DNA of 32,000 nt. Origin: Nitratidesulfovibrio vulgaris str. Hildenborough. Lineage in GTDB: Bacteria; Desulfobacterota; Desulfovibrionia; Desulfovibrionales; Desulfovibrionaceae. Both the position numbers and the translations under genes were made by a program. Positions 13,416-21,371 of this stretch are shown here, piece by piece. Every line of letters starts with the position of its first letter. The first letter of the stretch is position 1. The notes under the pieces are model-generated. The model worked only from the letters and a program-made list of their open reading frames with translations, was not told the origin of the DNA and made no database searches. The DNA is taken from assembly GCF_000195755.1 (NCBI RefSeq), contig NC_002937.3:1800001-1832000 (forward strand), in the 5' to 3' direction.

Positions 13416-16361
13416 ATGTTGAACACAGCCAGCTTCCAGACACGCGCCCGGGCCATAGACCACCTAGGCCGTGGGCAGATAGCAGACGCCCCCACCGCCA
13501 TCAGCGAACTATGGAAGAACGCCTACGACGCATACGCCCGAGGCGTTGAACTACACATTCACTCTGGCAACGTCGTCGTCGCCTCTATCTGCGACAATGG
13601 GCACGGCATGGATGCCGAGACCCTTAGCTCGAAATGGCTTGTGGTTGGCACAGAGAGTAAAGTCGCCTCTCCCGTCCCTGTAGAAGACCGCTTCGGTCTG
13701 CCAGAACGTGCCCGACTTGGTGAAAAGGGCATCGGCCGGCTTTCCGCTGCTTTTCTGTCTCCCGTCACACTTGTTGTCAGCAAACGCGTAGGGCAGCCCT
13801 ATGCTGCCCTGCTTGTAGACTGGCGCTTCTTCGAGAACCCATACCTGTTCATCAACGACGTTAGGTTCCCCCTTGTCGAATTCGGAGAACTTAAAGAGTT
13901 TCCTGCGTTGTTTGCGCAGATGTTCGAAGAACTCAAAGCCAATCTGCAATGGGGCTCAGCCTCACCCCATACCGCCCACCTCGCTGCCGCATGGGACAGG
14001 TTCGACGCCATAGAACGCGAACAAAACCCCAATGCCCCCACAACCCGAGAAGCCATTCTGTCACTCTCCCCTGAAGGGCTCATCAAATGGGACCACTTCT
14101 CTCCTTGGTGGCAGTTGATGCACAAGGCAGTAGAGGGTGACGACGTACACGGCACCGCACTTTTTACTATCGGCGCGAATACCGAACTTGCATGCTGGGT
14201 CACTGACGACGAATATGAAAGCCCAGATATACAAAAGGTCAAAGAAACTCTGACCGAAACACTGGTCAGTTTCGTCGACCCGTTTGAAGACACTCCCATC
14301 GCCTTCGACTATGCCGTAGTCGTTCACAAACCCGGCAAAGCTGACTTCATTCCCGTTTCTTCCGAAGAAGTTTTTGACATCCAAGAGCTTCGTAGCCTCG
14401 AACATGTCATCGAAGGCGAATTTGACACCGCTGGCAACTTTCAGGGCAGAATAACGGCTTTCGGCAAAGACCGTGGCGAATGCTTTCTGCCATCTCCATC
14501 AGTTTTCACACAACGTGGCAAGGATAGCGTCGGGCCATTCAGGTTTTGCCTTGGCACGTTTGAGCAAGACAAAAAGAACACTACACACTCAGACGAAGAA
14601 TTCGAGTATCACTCGAGTCAAGTTAATAAATATGGCGGGATATGCATCCACCGTGATGGTCTCCGGGTCATGCCCTATGGGCGTGAGGATGGGGACTTAT
14701 TTAGGATGGAATTCCGCCGTTCAAAACATGCTGGACGAGAGTTTTTTGTCTATCGCCGCAGCTTCGGTCGTTTGGCGATTACCAGTCAGCACAACCCCAA
14801 CCTCAAAGATAAGGCTGGCCGTGAAGGACTGGTTGTCAACAAAGCCCGCCGTGAATTCGAACGACTTGTCATCAATCTGTTGATGTATGTTGCACGCGAA
14901 TATTTTGGAACGGCATCCACTATCCGCAATCAAGAACTCCCTGGCATTCAGAAGGCACGCCAAAGGCAGATGCGGGCAGCAGAAACGGCCCGCAAGCGCA
15001 ACCAGAAGAATTTCGTCCGGGCACTCAAAGAGAAGTTACCCTTGGCGCTTGAAGCCAGCACGCGGGCAGAAGCCGGGGCTGACAAACTGGAACAGACCCT
15101 AGCATGCAAAGCGTACGACGACCTGCCTGCCATCAAGATGGAACTCGACGCATTGCAGGGGCTGCGCGACGACCTGCGCATCCCCAACCGCCCAGATGAG
15201 CTTGGTAGCCAAGAAGAAGACTATAGAAGATACCGCGATGCCTATGCCTTGTTCTGCGCCACCATTGACAAGCTCAAGTCCATGCTCGCCCGGTGTGAGG
15301 CAGAAGGTCTGCTAGGCGACCCTAAACGTATCGCCACATCAAAGTTCTATAGCAACGAAGCGCGCATCTCCAGCCAGATAGGCAAAGCCCTGTCTACCAT
15401 CACCTCTAGCCTAGATGCGCTACGCACCACATGGGAAGAGAACGCCAGAGAAGACAGAACGGCGTACCGGCGCAAGTCCACGGAATTCGTCAGCATGCTC
15501 GAAGCTGGGCAAGGCTTGACCCCGGTACTCGACTACCTAGACAAAGTACACACCGAACTCAGTGACGAACTGAACCTCAAATACGACGGCATCATCCATA
15601 GCCTAGAACAACTCGTCGAAGGTGTAGACCTTGAAGGTGCCTTCTTTCATGTAGATGAGGTGAACCGGTCGCTTGAAGAAAAAGTATCCATGCTCAACTC
15701 TGTGGCACAACTCGGCATCAGTGTCGAAATCATCGGCCATGAGTTAGAAGCACTCGAATCTCAGGTCACGCGCTACCTCAAACTTATGCCCAAAGAGGTG
15801 CGCGCCCTCAAAAGTTACACCCTTGCGTTCGAAGCGCACCGTGCCCTTGTAGACCGACTGCGATTTCTGGCACCTCTGCGAAAAACTTCGTACCGCAGCC
15901 GCATCGCCATCTCGGGTAAAGAGATTGCCAAGTACGTCAAAGAGTTCTTCGGCACCACATTCGAGCAATGCCGCATCCAGTTCGAAGTTACCCCTGCGTT
16001 TGAAGGTTTCTCCATCAGAGACCTACCATCCCGCATCTACCCCACCTTCATCAACCTTGTGAACAATGCTCTCTACTGGGTGCAACGTGGTGAAAGAAGG
16101 ATAATCCGCCTCGACTTTGTGCAAGGCAAAGCCATTGTCGCAGATAGCGGACCGGGTGTTGATGAAGACGACCAGAAGCACCTGTTCGAATTGTTCTTCA
16201 CAAAACGAACCAACGGGCGCGGTGTGGGGTTATACCTCTGTCGCGAAAACCTTGCAGTTGCCCGCCACAGCATCCGCTACGCAACAGATAATGACCCCGA
16301 AGTCCTCGAAGGGGCTAACTTCATCATCGAATTCCACGAGGTTGAACATGTCTCCCGCTAA
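13416..16361 (+). CDS. Double-GHKL protein: N-terminal MORC/HATPase_c_3-like ATPase fused to a C-terminal histidine-kinase core (no TM or known sensor domain)
   Basis: N-terminal Bergerat motifs: ELWKN35AYDA, D60NGHGMD, G102EKGIGRLS, and later GGICIHRDGLRVMPYG (as in prokaryotic MORC-like proteins). A coiled-coil-like middle follows. C-terminal kinase boxes: H-box SVEIIGH775ELEAL, N-box NLVNN884ALYW, G1 D910SGPGVD, F-box FELFFT, G2 G934RGVGLYL. Confidence 0.75.
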   Translation: MLNTASFQTRARAIDHLGRGQIADAPTAISELWKNAYDAYARGVELHIHSGNVVVASICDNGHGMDAETLSSKWLVVGTESKVASPVPVEDRFGLPERARLGEKGIGRLSAAFLSPVTLVVSKRVGQPYAALLVDWRFFENPYLFINDVRFPLVEFGELKEFPALFAQMFEELKANLQWGSASPHTAHLAAAWDRFDAIEREQNPNAPTTREAILSLSPEGLIKWDHFSPWWQLMHKAVEGDDVHGTALFTIGANTELACWVTDDEYESPDIQKVKETLTETLVSFVDPFEDTPIAFDYAVVVHKPGKADFIPVSSEEVFDIQELRSLEHVIEGEFDTAGNFQGRITAFGKDRGECFLPSPSVFTQRGKDSVGPFRFCLGTFEQDKKNTTHSDEEFEYHSSQVNKYGGICIHRDGLRVMPYGREDGDLFRMEFRRSKHAGREFFVYRRSFGRLAITSQHNPNLKDKAGREGLVVNKARREFERLVINLLMYVAREYFGTASTIRNQELPGIQKARQRQMRAAETARKRNQKNFVRALKEKLPLALEASTRAEAGADKLEQTLACKAYDDLPAIKMELDALQGLRDDLRIPNRPDELGSQEEDYRRYRDAYALFCATIDKLKSMLARCEAEGLLGDPKRIATSKFYSNEARISSQIGKALSTITSSLDALRTTWEENAREDRTAYRRKSTEFVSMLEAGQGLTPVLDYLDKVHTELSDELNLKYDGIIHSLEQLVEGVDLEGAFFHVDEVNRSLEEKVSMLNSVAQLGISVEIIGHELEALESQVTRYLKLMPKEVRALKSYTLAFEAHRALVDRLRFLAPLRKTSYRSRIAISGKEIAKYVKEFFGTTFEQCRIQFEVTPAFEGFSIRDLPSRIYPTFINLVNNALYWVQRGERRIIRLDFVQGKAIVADSGPGVDEDDQKHLFELFFTKRTNGRGVGLYLCRENLAVARHSIRYATDNDPEVLEGANFIIEFHEVEHVSR

Positions 16362-18114
16362 TGCTGCAATCATCGATGAAGCCTACATATCCCCCATCAA
16401 AAGCATACTTTTTATAGACGACAAATTTCCAACTCACGCAGACTTGCTCAAGAAATCGCTCACCACCGACACAGAAGAAGAGCATATTGAAGCAAACCTG
16501 CGCGATATTGCTACTGAAAACCAATTTGACCATGAAGAAGACAACACTCACAATGGAAATATAGACATCGAAGAAATACAAGAAGAACATGACCGTAGTA
16601 TAGATGAGCATGTCCTACGATTAACACAATCTTGCAGGGAAAATGGCTACATATTTGACGTAGAAAACAACCTCGAATGCATCGAAAGAGATGAATATGC
16701 TTTTATAAACAAATCAGACCTTGTTGTGCTAGACTACTTCCTAACAGAAGGTGAAGATTCATCTCACGCTCTTAAAATAATACATAGCCTTGCACAATCA
16801 AAAAGATACAATCTAATTATCGTCCATTCTACAAAAGAAAAACAAGACGTTGCATCTGAGATTTTATTCTCAATGAAGAATATTACGTATGAAAATACCG
16901 AACGCGAAGAACTCGCGAATGCCGCTGCTATAGAAGCTATTGTCAATGAAAACATACGTCATATACTAGACGGCTCAGAAGAACATATAAAAACGATATG
17001 CAGCCTTGCTGGTTCAGCATCAAAAGAAAAGGTCATTTATTTCACAAATCAAATAATTAGTAATAATTTTCGGAGTACAACAAAATCTAAATCTGACCTC
17101 GTCTTACAAAGCGATATCGCTTCAAGCACCACTCCATGGATAGCTGCAAAAAATGCTTTTATTGTTGTCACACAAAAAGATATAGCTTCTGAACAAGACA
17201 TCAATAACCTCATACAAGAGCTGAAAACTGCGCTTACGGAATACGACCCGGGAATCATCACAAAGGCACTACATAAATTTGCAAATATATCAAAAGAAAA
17301 CATTTACGAGATTCTTAACTCATCATTCTCAACACCAGAAATCCGTGCTGCGGCACTATTAACAGCCCTTAACGGAATTTCAAGCATAGAGACACATCCT
17401 CACAAGGCTAACATTATCGCAAATAGAATCACACATGCCATACTTTCTGCAGCAAGCACAGGCATTGCATCTAAAGCAGACCAGTTTTGCATAAACTGCA
17501 TTGACTCGCTACAAATAGAAAATGAAGCCACAATCCATAGAGCTTGCACTACTGCTGAGAACGCAAACTGCACCATGGATAAAATCTTCCTTCATGCAAA
17601 CGCCATGGCTTGTTGCGAACAAAAACCTCACCACTACATAACTACAGGCAGTATCTTTACGCAGGAAGACAAATCATGGATGTGCGTAACACCATCGTGC
17701 GACCTGGCTCGAGGTGAAGACTTTAACGCAAGCAAAATAATATTTATAGAAGCCATTAAGCTTACTAAAATTACTGATAGCAACAGAATAGCAAAGGCAC
17801 TCAAAGATGCTCATAAAGGGTTATATATTTTTGTAAAGACTACGACAGGCGTAGATGTGTACTCTCCATACAACGATAGTAAACCGAATCTACACATTGA
17901 TAACTTTTTTATTCGTGGAACAACATTTCTCACCATTGACGACACTATAAGGCTATACACGGTTGAAGCTGACGAAGTGGGATATTCCGTCATGTCTCAA
18001 CAAAGCAACGTCATTGCTCAACTCAGGCCAGACTACGCAAGCAGATTCCTGTCAGAAAAAGGCGCGTGGAAATCCCGCATCGGGGTCGACTTCTTTCAGT
18101 ATAAACCAGAGTAG
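16348..18114 (+). CDS. Receiver (REC)-like domain protein with acidic insertion and uncharacterised C-terminal domain
   Basis: Track ORF 16117..18114 trimmed to the ATG at 16348, a 14-nt overlap with the upstream stop at 16359-16361. SILFID24D25KFP, DLVVLD129YFL and NLIIVHS161T162 reproduce the REC acidic pocket, phospho-acceptor and Thr/Ser positions. aa 30-95 form a D/E-rich insert. aa ~175-588 have no motif I recognise. The gene is strongly AT-rich. Confidence 0.6.
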   Translation: MSPANAAIIDEAYISPIKSILFIDDKFPTHADLLKKSLTTDTEEEHIEANLRDIATENQFDHEEDNTHNGNIDIEEIQEEHDRSIDEHVLRLTQSCRENGYIFDVENNLECIERDEYAFINKSDLVVLDYFLTEGEDSSHALKIIHSLAQSKRYNLIIVHSTKEKQDVASEILFSMKNITYENTEREELANAAAIEAIVNENIRHILDGSEEHIKTICSLAGSASKEKVIYFTNQIISNNFRSTTKSKSDLVLQSDIASSTTPWIAAKNAFIVVTQKDIASEQDINNLIQELKTALTEYDPGIITKALHKFANISKENIYEILNSSFSTPEIRAAALLTALNGISSIETHPHKANIIANRITHAILSAASTGIASKADQFCINCIDSLQIENEATIHRACTTAENANCTMDKIFLHANAMACCEQKPHHYITTGSIFTQEDKSWMCVTPSCDLARGEDFNASKIIFIEAIKLTKITDSNRIAKALKDAHKGLYIFVKTTTGVDVYSPYNDSKPNLHIDNFFIRGTTFLTIDDTIRLYTVEADEVGYSVMSQQSNVIAQLRPDYASRFLSEKGAWKSRIGVDFFQYKPE

Positions 18115-18136
18115 CACATACCCCTCGAATCGATTC

Positions 18137-18162
18137 CTGCCCCGCTCCGGCGGGGCTTTCTT
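18137..18162 (+). terminator. Rho-independent terminator ending the dcm operon
   Basis: CTGCCCCGC-tccg-GCGGGGC-TTTCTT. Identical 26-mer to 19505-19530. Confidence 0.7.
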
Positions 18163-18242
18163 CTTCCTATTCCTGCTGCAATTTTACTAAATCGTCTTTC
18201 TTGTATATCCATATCTGCACACCATCTATGACAGGTGCTCCT

Positions 18243-19118
18243 ATGGGTATTTCCGCACTCTTCCTGTTCTGTCTCATTCTTGGTGGCGGCTTCTACGCCG
18301 GGGTTCAGTGGCAACAACAGCGCACACCTCCCCGTGTGCCTCCCGCGCAGCCCGCGCCCCCTTCATACTCACCCCCACCCTACCTCGAAGACCAACCGCC
18401 CCCGCGCCGACAGCCAGCCCGACGCAAGGCAGACTGGCCATCCTCTTCTAGCCGTCAAACAGAACCAGAACGCTACGAGGCCAAGCTGCGAAGCGACCCG
18501 GTGTTGCTCAACACACTTAAGGCCGAACTTATGGCACGAGAGCACCACCTCATGCGGGTGCTCAACAACTTCATCGAGGGCAACACAGGCCAGCACATGC
18601 AGGCCGACCCGTTCTACCTCTACCCAGAGATTGCCAGCACCAGCCCGGAAGAATTCCTCAACACGCTGGGCACACGCCTTCAGCACACCAACTTCCCCGA
18701 CCTAGCCGACGACGGTAAGGGGTGGGTCTATGTTCTTGCAAACTATGCCATGCCCGGTGTGGTCAAAATCGGCTATTCCACAAAGCCAGCCCTACGCGCC
18801 GCAGAGCTATCCGTCTTGCGCACCGTAGATGAGAACGGGCTTAGCGTGACCAACCGGACATCACTCCCCCGCCCCTTCAAGCTCCAATTCTGTGTGTTGC
18901 GCCCTAACGCTCGCGCTTCAGAGCAGTACATCCATGAACTGCTCGCCCCCTACAACATACGGGAAGAAGGAGGTATGGCAGGTACGGAGTTCTTCGCCCT
19001 GTCAGTAGAGCAAGCTTACGACGCGCCCTACTACACCTTCCCAGATGAAACCTTCCACTTTGCCGCCTTTCACGACTCATGTTTCTTCTTCGGTAGAAAG
19101 GACGACACATTACAGTGA
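18243..19118 (+). CDS. Membrane-anchored T5orf172/MUG113 (GIY-YIG-related) domain protein
   Basis: N-terminal hydrophobic helix ISALFLFCLILGGGFYAGV, then a Pro-rich linker. The C-terminus has GWVYVLANYAMPGVVKIGYSTKPALRAAEL ... SEQYIHELLAPY ... GTEFFAL, typical of the T5orf172 domain. Start uncertain (TTG 18201, ATG 18228 or ATG 18243). Confidence 0.6.
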   Translation: MGISALFLFCLILGGGFYAGVQWQQQRTPPRVPPAQPAPPSYSPPPYLEDQPPPRRQPARRKADWPSSSSRQTEPERYEAKLRSDPVLLNTLKAELMAREHHLMRVLNNFIEGNTGQHMQADPFYLYPEIASTSPEEFLNTLGTRLQHTNFPDLADDGKGWVYVLANYAMPGVVKIGYSTKPALRAAELSVLRTVDENGLSVTNRTSLPRPFKLQFCVLRPNARASEQYIHELLAPYNIREEGGMAGTEFFALSVEQAYDAPYYTFPDETFHFAAFHDSCFFFGRKDDTLQ

Positions 19119-19146
19119 ATCTTTAAATATGAATTAGGAGGTGCTT

Positions 19147-19467
19147 ATGAATCTTTATGATCGTTTTTTTAACGGAGAAATTCAATTGTGGAAAACGTAT
19201 TGGATTGGATTAGTTGCCGTCAACGTCATCACCCAACTCATTATTAAAATATTGTCCAACGCAAATGCTAATTTTATGCTGATATTGATCATGAGCATAT
19301 CACTGCTCCTATGGTCAGCAGCAGCCTTAATTGCCACATGGAGAAGCGCAAAAAAGTATACAGGTTCTATTTATTTCAAATCATTAGCACAAATCGCTGT
19401 TGTATTTGGGTGGATATCTCTTTTCGCAAACTGCAGCGCAGTGCTTGTATATTTTAAAAATCAGTAG
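19147..19467 (+). CDS. Small hydrophobic protein (about 3 TM helices), AT-rich
   Basis: AGGAGG at 19136-19141, 5 nt before the ATG at 19147. Hydrophobic segments: TYWIGLVAVNVITQLIIKIL, FMLILIMSISLLLWSAAALIA, IAVVFGWISLFANCSAVLVYF. Confidence 0.55.
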   Translation: MNLYDRFFNGEIQLWKTYWIGLVAVNVITQLIIKILSNANANFMLILIMSISLLLWSAAALIATWRSAKKYTGSIYFKSLAQIAVVFGWISLFANCSAVLVYFKNQ

Positions 19468-19504
19468 CGCACGCTGAAACGATAAAGGCAAACTCAGTCT
19501 CCCG

Positions 19505-19530
19505 CTGCCCCGCTCCGGCGGGGCTTTCTT
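19505..19530 (+). terminator. Rho-independent terminator (second copy of the 26-mer)
   Basis: CTGCCCCGCTCCGGCGGGGCTTTCTT, identical to 18137-18162. Confidence 0.7.
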
Positions 19531-19837
19531 TCGCCCACTCTGTTTACTCCATGAAACTTTTTCTGCCTTTTTTTGTTTACTATAAGAAACAATCTCCACA
19601 TCAGCCACTCACCACGAGCCGAACACGGCGCGCCTGCGGGCCGCCAAGTAGGGGGAACCGGGGCGGGGCGGTTGGTACCGTCGGGCGACAGGGAAACAGG
19701 TAACGCCGGGCAAGCGGTCGCGGGCTCACCCTCCCAATGAGGATGCGGGGGCACCGGGCAACCCAACCGGGCCAGAACCTGAAACGAACGAGGCCCACAC
19801 AGACGGTCGGCACGATGAAACGCCAAGGAGGACTCTC

Positions 19838-20077
19838 ATGGACGCGTATGCCTACAGCATCAGAGACAAGGCAAAGACCCTCGCTTACGAAGCAAGACGC
19901 TTCCCTGCGGCAGCGGAGACAGCCCTAGCGTGGCTCGACAGGGCAGAGGCTTTTGCAGAACGGCGTGGCCTTTTCCAGTTGGCGGACGAAATCCGCCTCG
20001 CCGCAGCAGAAGCGGCAACGGCGGGAGCGTCTGGCTGGTTCGACGTACCACAGGAGCAAAGCCATGCAGCAGCGTAG
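19838..20077 (+). CDS. Hypothetical small phage protein
   Basis: AAGGAGGA RBS at 19825-19832. 79-aa alanine-rich helical sequence. Confidence 0.5.
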   Translation: MDAYAYSIRDKAKTLAYEARRFPAAAETALAWLDRAEAFAERRGLFQLADEIRLAAAEAATAGASGWFDVPQEQSHAAA

Positions 20078-20240
20078 CATTGCCCCTAGCACCACCTACG
20101 CGCCCGCCCCCGTTGCGATAGCAGCCCACATCATTCGCTACCGCAGCGCCCACACGGGCCGTGTCTACACAGGCGCATCCCTTACCGAAATCTTCAAGGC
20201 CGTGCGGGCCGATATGGAGAAGCGCCATGCAACAGCATAG
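20064..20240 (+). CDS. Hypothetical small protein
   Basis: ATG at 20064 after CAGGAGC. Overlaps the end of the previous gene. In-frame tail of track ORF 19953..20240. Confidence 0.35.
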   Translation: MQQRSIAPSTTYAPAPVAIAAHIIRYRSAHTGRVYTGASLTEIFKAVRADMEKRHATA

Positions 20241-20334
20241 CCTCACGCGCCGCACGCTCTGCGCCGTCGCCATGCTCGCGGCCCTGTTCTGCCTCTATGC
20301 CGCTGGCGACGCTCTCTCGGGGAATGCGCTGTGA
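20227..20334 (+). CDS. Possible 35-aa hydrophobic peptide
   Basis: My translation is MQQHSLTRRTLCAVAMLAALFCLYAAGDALSGNAL. Its stop overlaps (GTGA) the GTG start of the next gene. Too short for the ORF track. Confidence 0.25.
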   Translation: MQQHSLTRRTLCAVAMLAALFCLYAAGDALSGNAL

Positions 20335-20738
20335 CCCGCGAAGAGTTCGACGCTGCGTTCGACCGCATCTACAGCATCACAGAGACGACAACACAGGTCG
20401 CGTTGTCAGAGGTGCTCGGCATCCGGCAATCCAGCGTGTCTGATGCACGCAAGCGCAACTCCATCCCTGGGGCATGGCTCGTCACGCTGGTCGACCGTTT
20501 CTCCGCAAACCCGGCGTGGATCCTCACAGGCGAGGGGCCACGCTACCTGCTGCCCAGCGACTCGCGCGACGAGATGACCCTCTCAGAAGAGACAGTCGCG
20601 AAGATACGCGCCGAAGCCATCGCAGAGGGCCGACGTGCCGCCATCAACGACCTGAATACGGATGACGTCTTTACGCTTGTGCGCGAGCGCCTGCCGCAGG
20701 GCACGGTGCTACGCTACTCAGGCGAGGTTACGGCATGA
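20331..20738 (+). CDS. Phage CI-repressor-type HTH protein
   Basis: TQVALSEVLGIRQSSVSDARKRNSIPGAWLVTLVDRFSANPAWILTGEGP matches the Phage_CI_repr pattern (kR..iP..W......g.np.WlltG.G). Confidence 0.6.
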   Translation: MTREEFDAAFDRIYSITETTTQVALSEVLGIRQSSVSDARKRNSIPGAWLVTLVDRFSANPAWILTGEGPRYLLPSDSRDEMTLSEETVAKIRAEAIAEGRRAAINDLNTDDVFTLVRERLPQGTVLRYSGEVTA

Positions 20739-20977
20739 AGACCGCCCCACGCGGGGCGGATGTGGCCCTCGTCGTCACCTTCCCCCTTGGGGTGGTCGGC
20801 CTGTTGCGAACAGAAGCGGCCCTTATCGGTGGCAGCGTGGCCGAAGTCATCGCCCTGCGTGTCATGTCCAGCCTCGCTGCAGAAGACCTGCTCGGCAAAT
20901 GCGAGCAGTGCGGCGCGCCACTCATACCCGGTTATCCGGGCAGCATATGCCCGGCGTGCGACCCCGCATCCACATAG
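20735..20977 (+). CDS. Hypothetical protein with C-terminal Cys4 zinc-ribbon-like motif
   Basis: ATGA-coupled to the previous gene. CEQCGAPLIPGYPGSICPAC. Confidence 0.45.
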   Translation: MKTAPRGADVALVVTFPLGVVGLLRTEAALIGGSVAEVIALRVMSSLAAEDLLGKCEQCGAPLIPGYPGSICPACDPAST

Positions 20978-20987
20978 CGAGGCCGCC

Positions 20988-21230
20988 ATGCTGAAACTCG
21001 GGCAGGTCGTCGAAACCCGTAAGAGGCGGTGCGTCATCACCGCAAAGAACGGAAGCCATCCGTGGATGTTCACGGCTTCCCCTCTGCGCGAAGACGGCAC
21101 GGTCAACGACGAGCGATGCGTCATCGTCGATGCGCGCCGCCCCGTCTACACCGAAACGGAGTGCGGCATGCAAGCCATGCTCCCCGTGTGGGGCGAAGCG
21201 ACCACCCAAGAGGAATGTAGCCCCGCCTAG
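20988..21230 (+). CDS. Hypothetical small protein
   Basis: Internal ATG of track ORF 20760..21230. MLKLGQVVETRKRRCVITAKNG... No motif recognised. Confidence 0.35.
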   Translation: MLKLGQVVETRKRRCVITAKNGSHPWMFTASPLREDGTVNDERCVIVDARRPVYTETECGMQAMLPVWGEATTQEECSPA

Positions 21231-21371
21231 CCCTCCCACCACCTGCGGCGACCAGCGCGCCTCCTTCCTGCGCGCTGCAACCTCCACCGGTCGCCGCAGG
21301 TATAGGCGAGAAGGCGACATGGCCAGCGGGCGTGGCGTACACGATTAACGCTCAAAGACGAGGAACGAACC

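Noticed and set aside
16117-16347. Upstream extension of the receiver-protein ORF (track start 16117)
   Set aside because: The extension lies entirely inside the kinase G1/G2-box coding region in another frame. The ATG at 16348 gives the usual short overlap with the upstream stop.
17640-17770. PD-(D/E)xK nuclease motif in the receiver protein C-terminus (CDL ... IEAIK)
   Set aside because: The spacing is E-x-x-K rather than (D/E)-x-K, and there is no supporting secondary-structure evidence. Too weak to call without profile or structure searches.
19494-19928. ORFs 19494..19826 (-), 19601..19813 (-) and 19737..19928 (+)
   Set aside because: Mutually overlapping, Arg/Pro/Gly-rich and without RBSs. 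The region is treated as non-coding leader.
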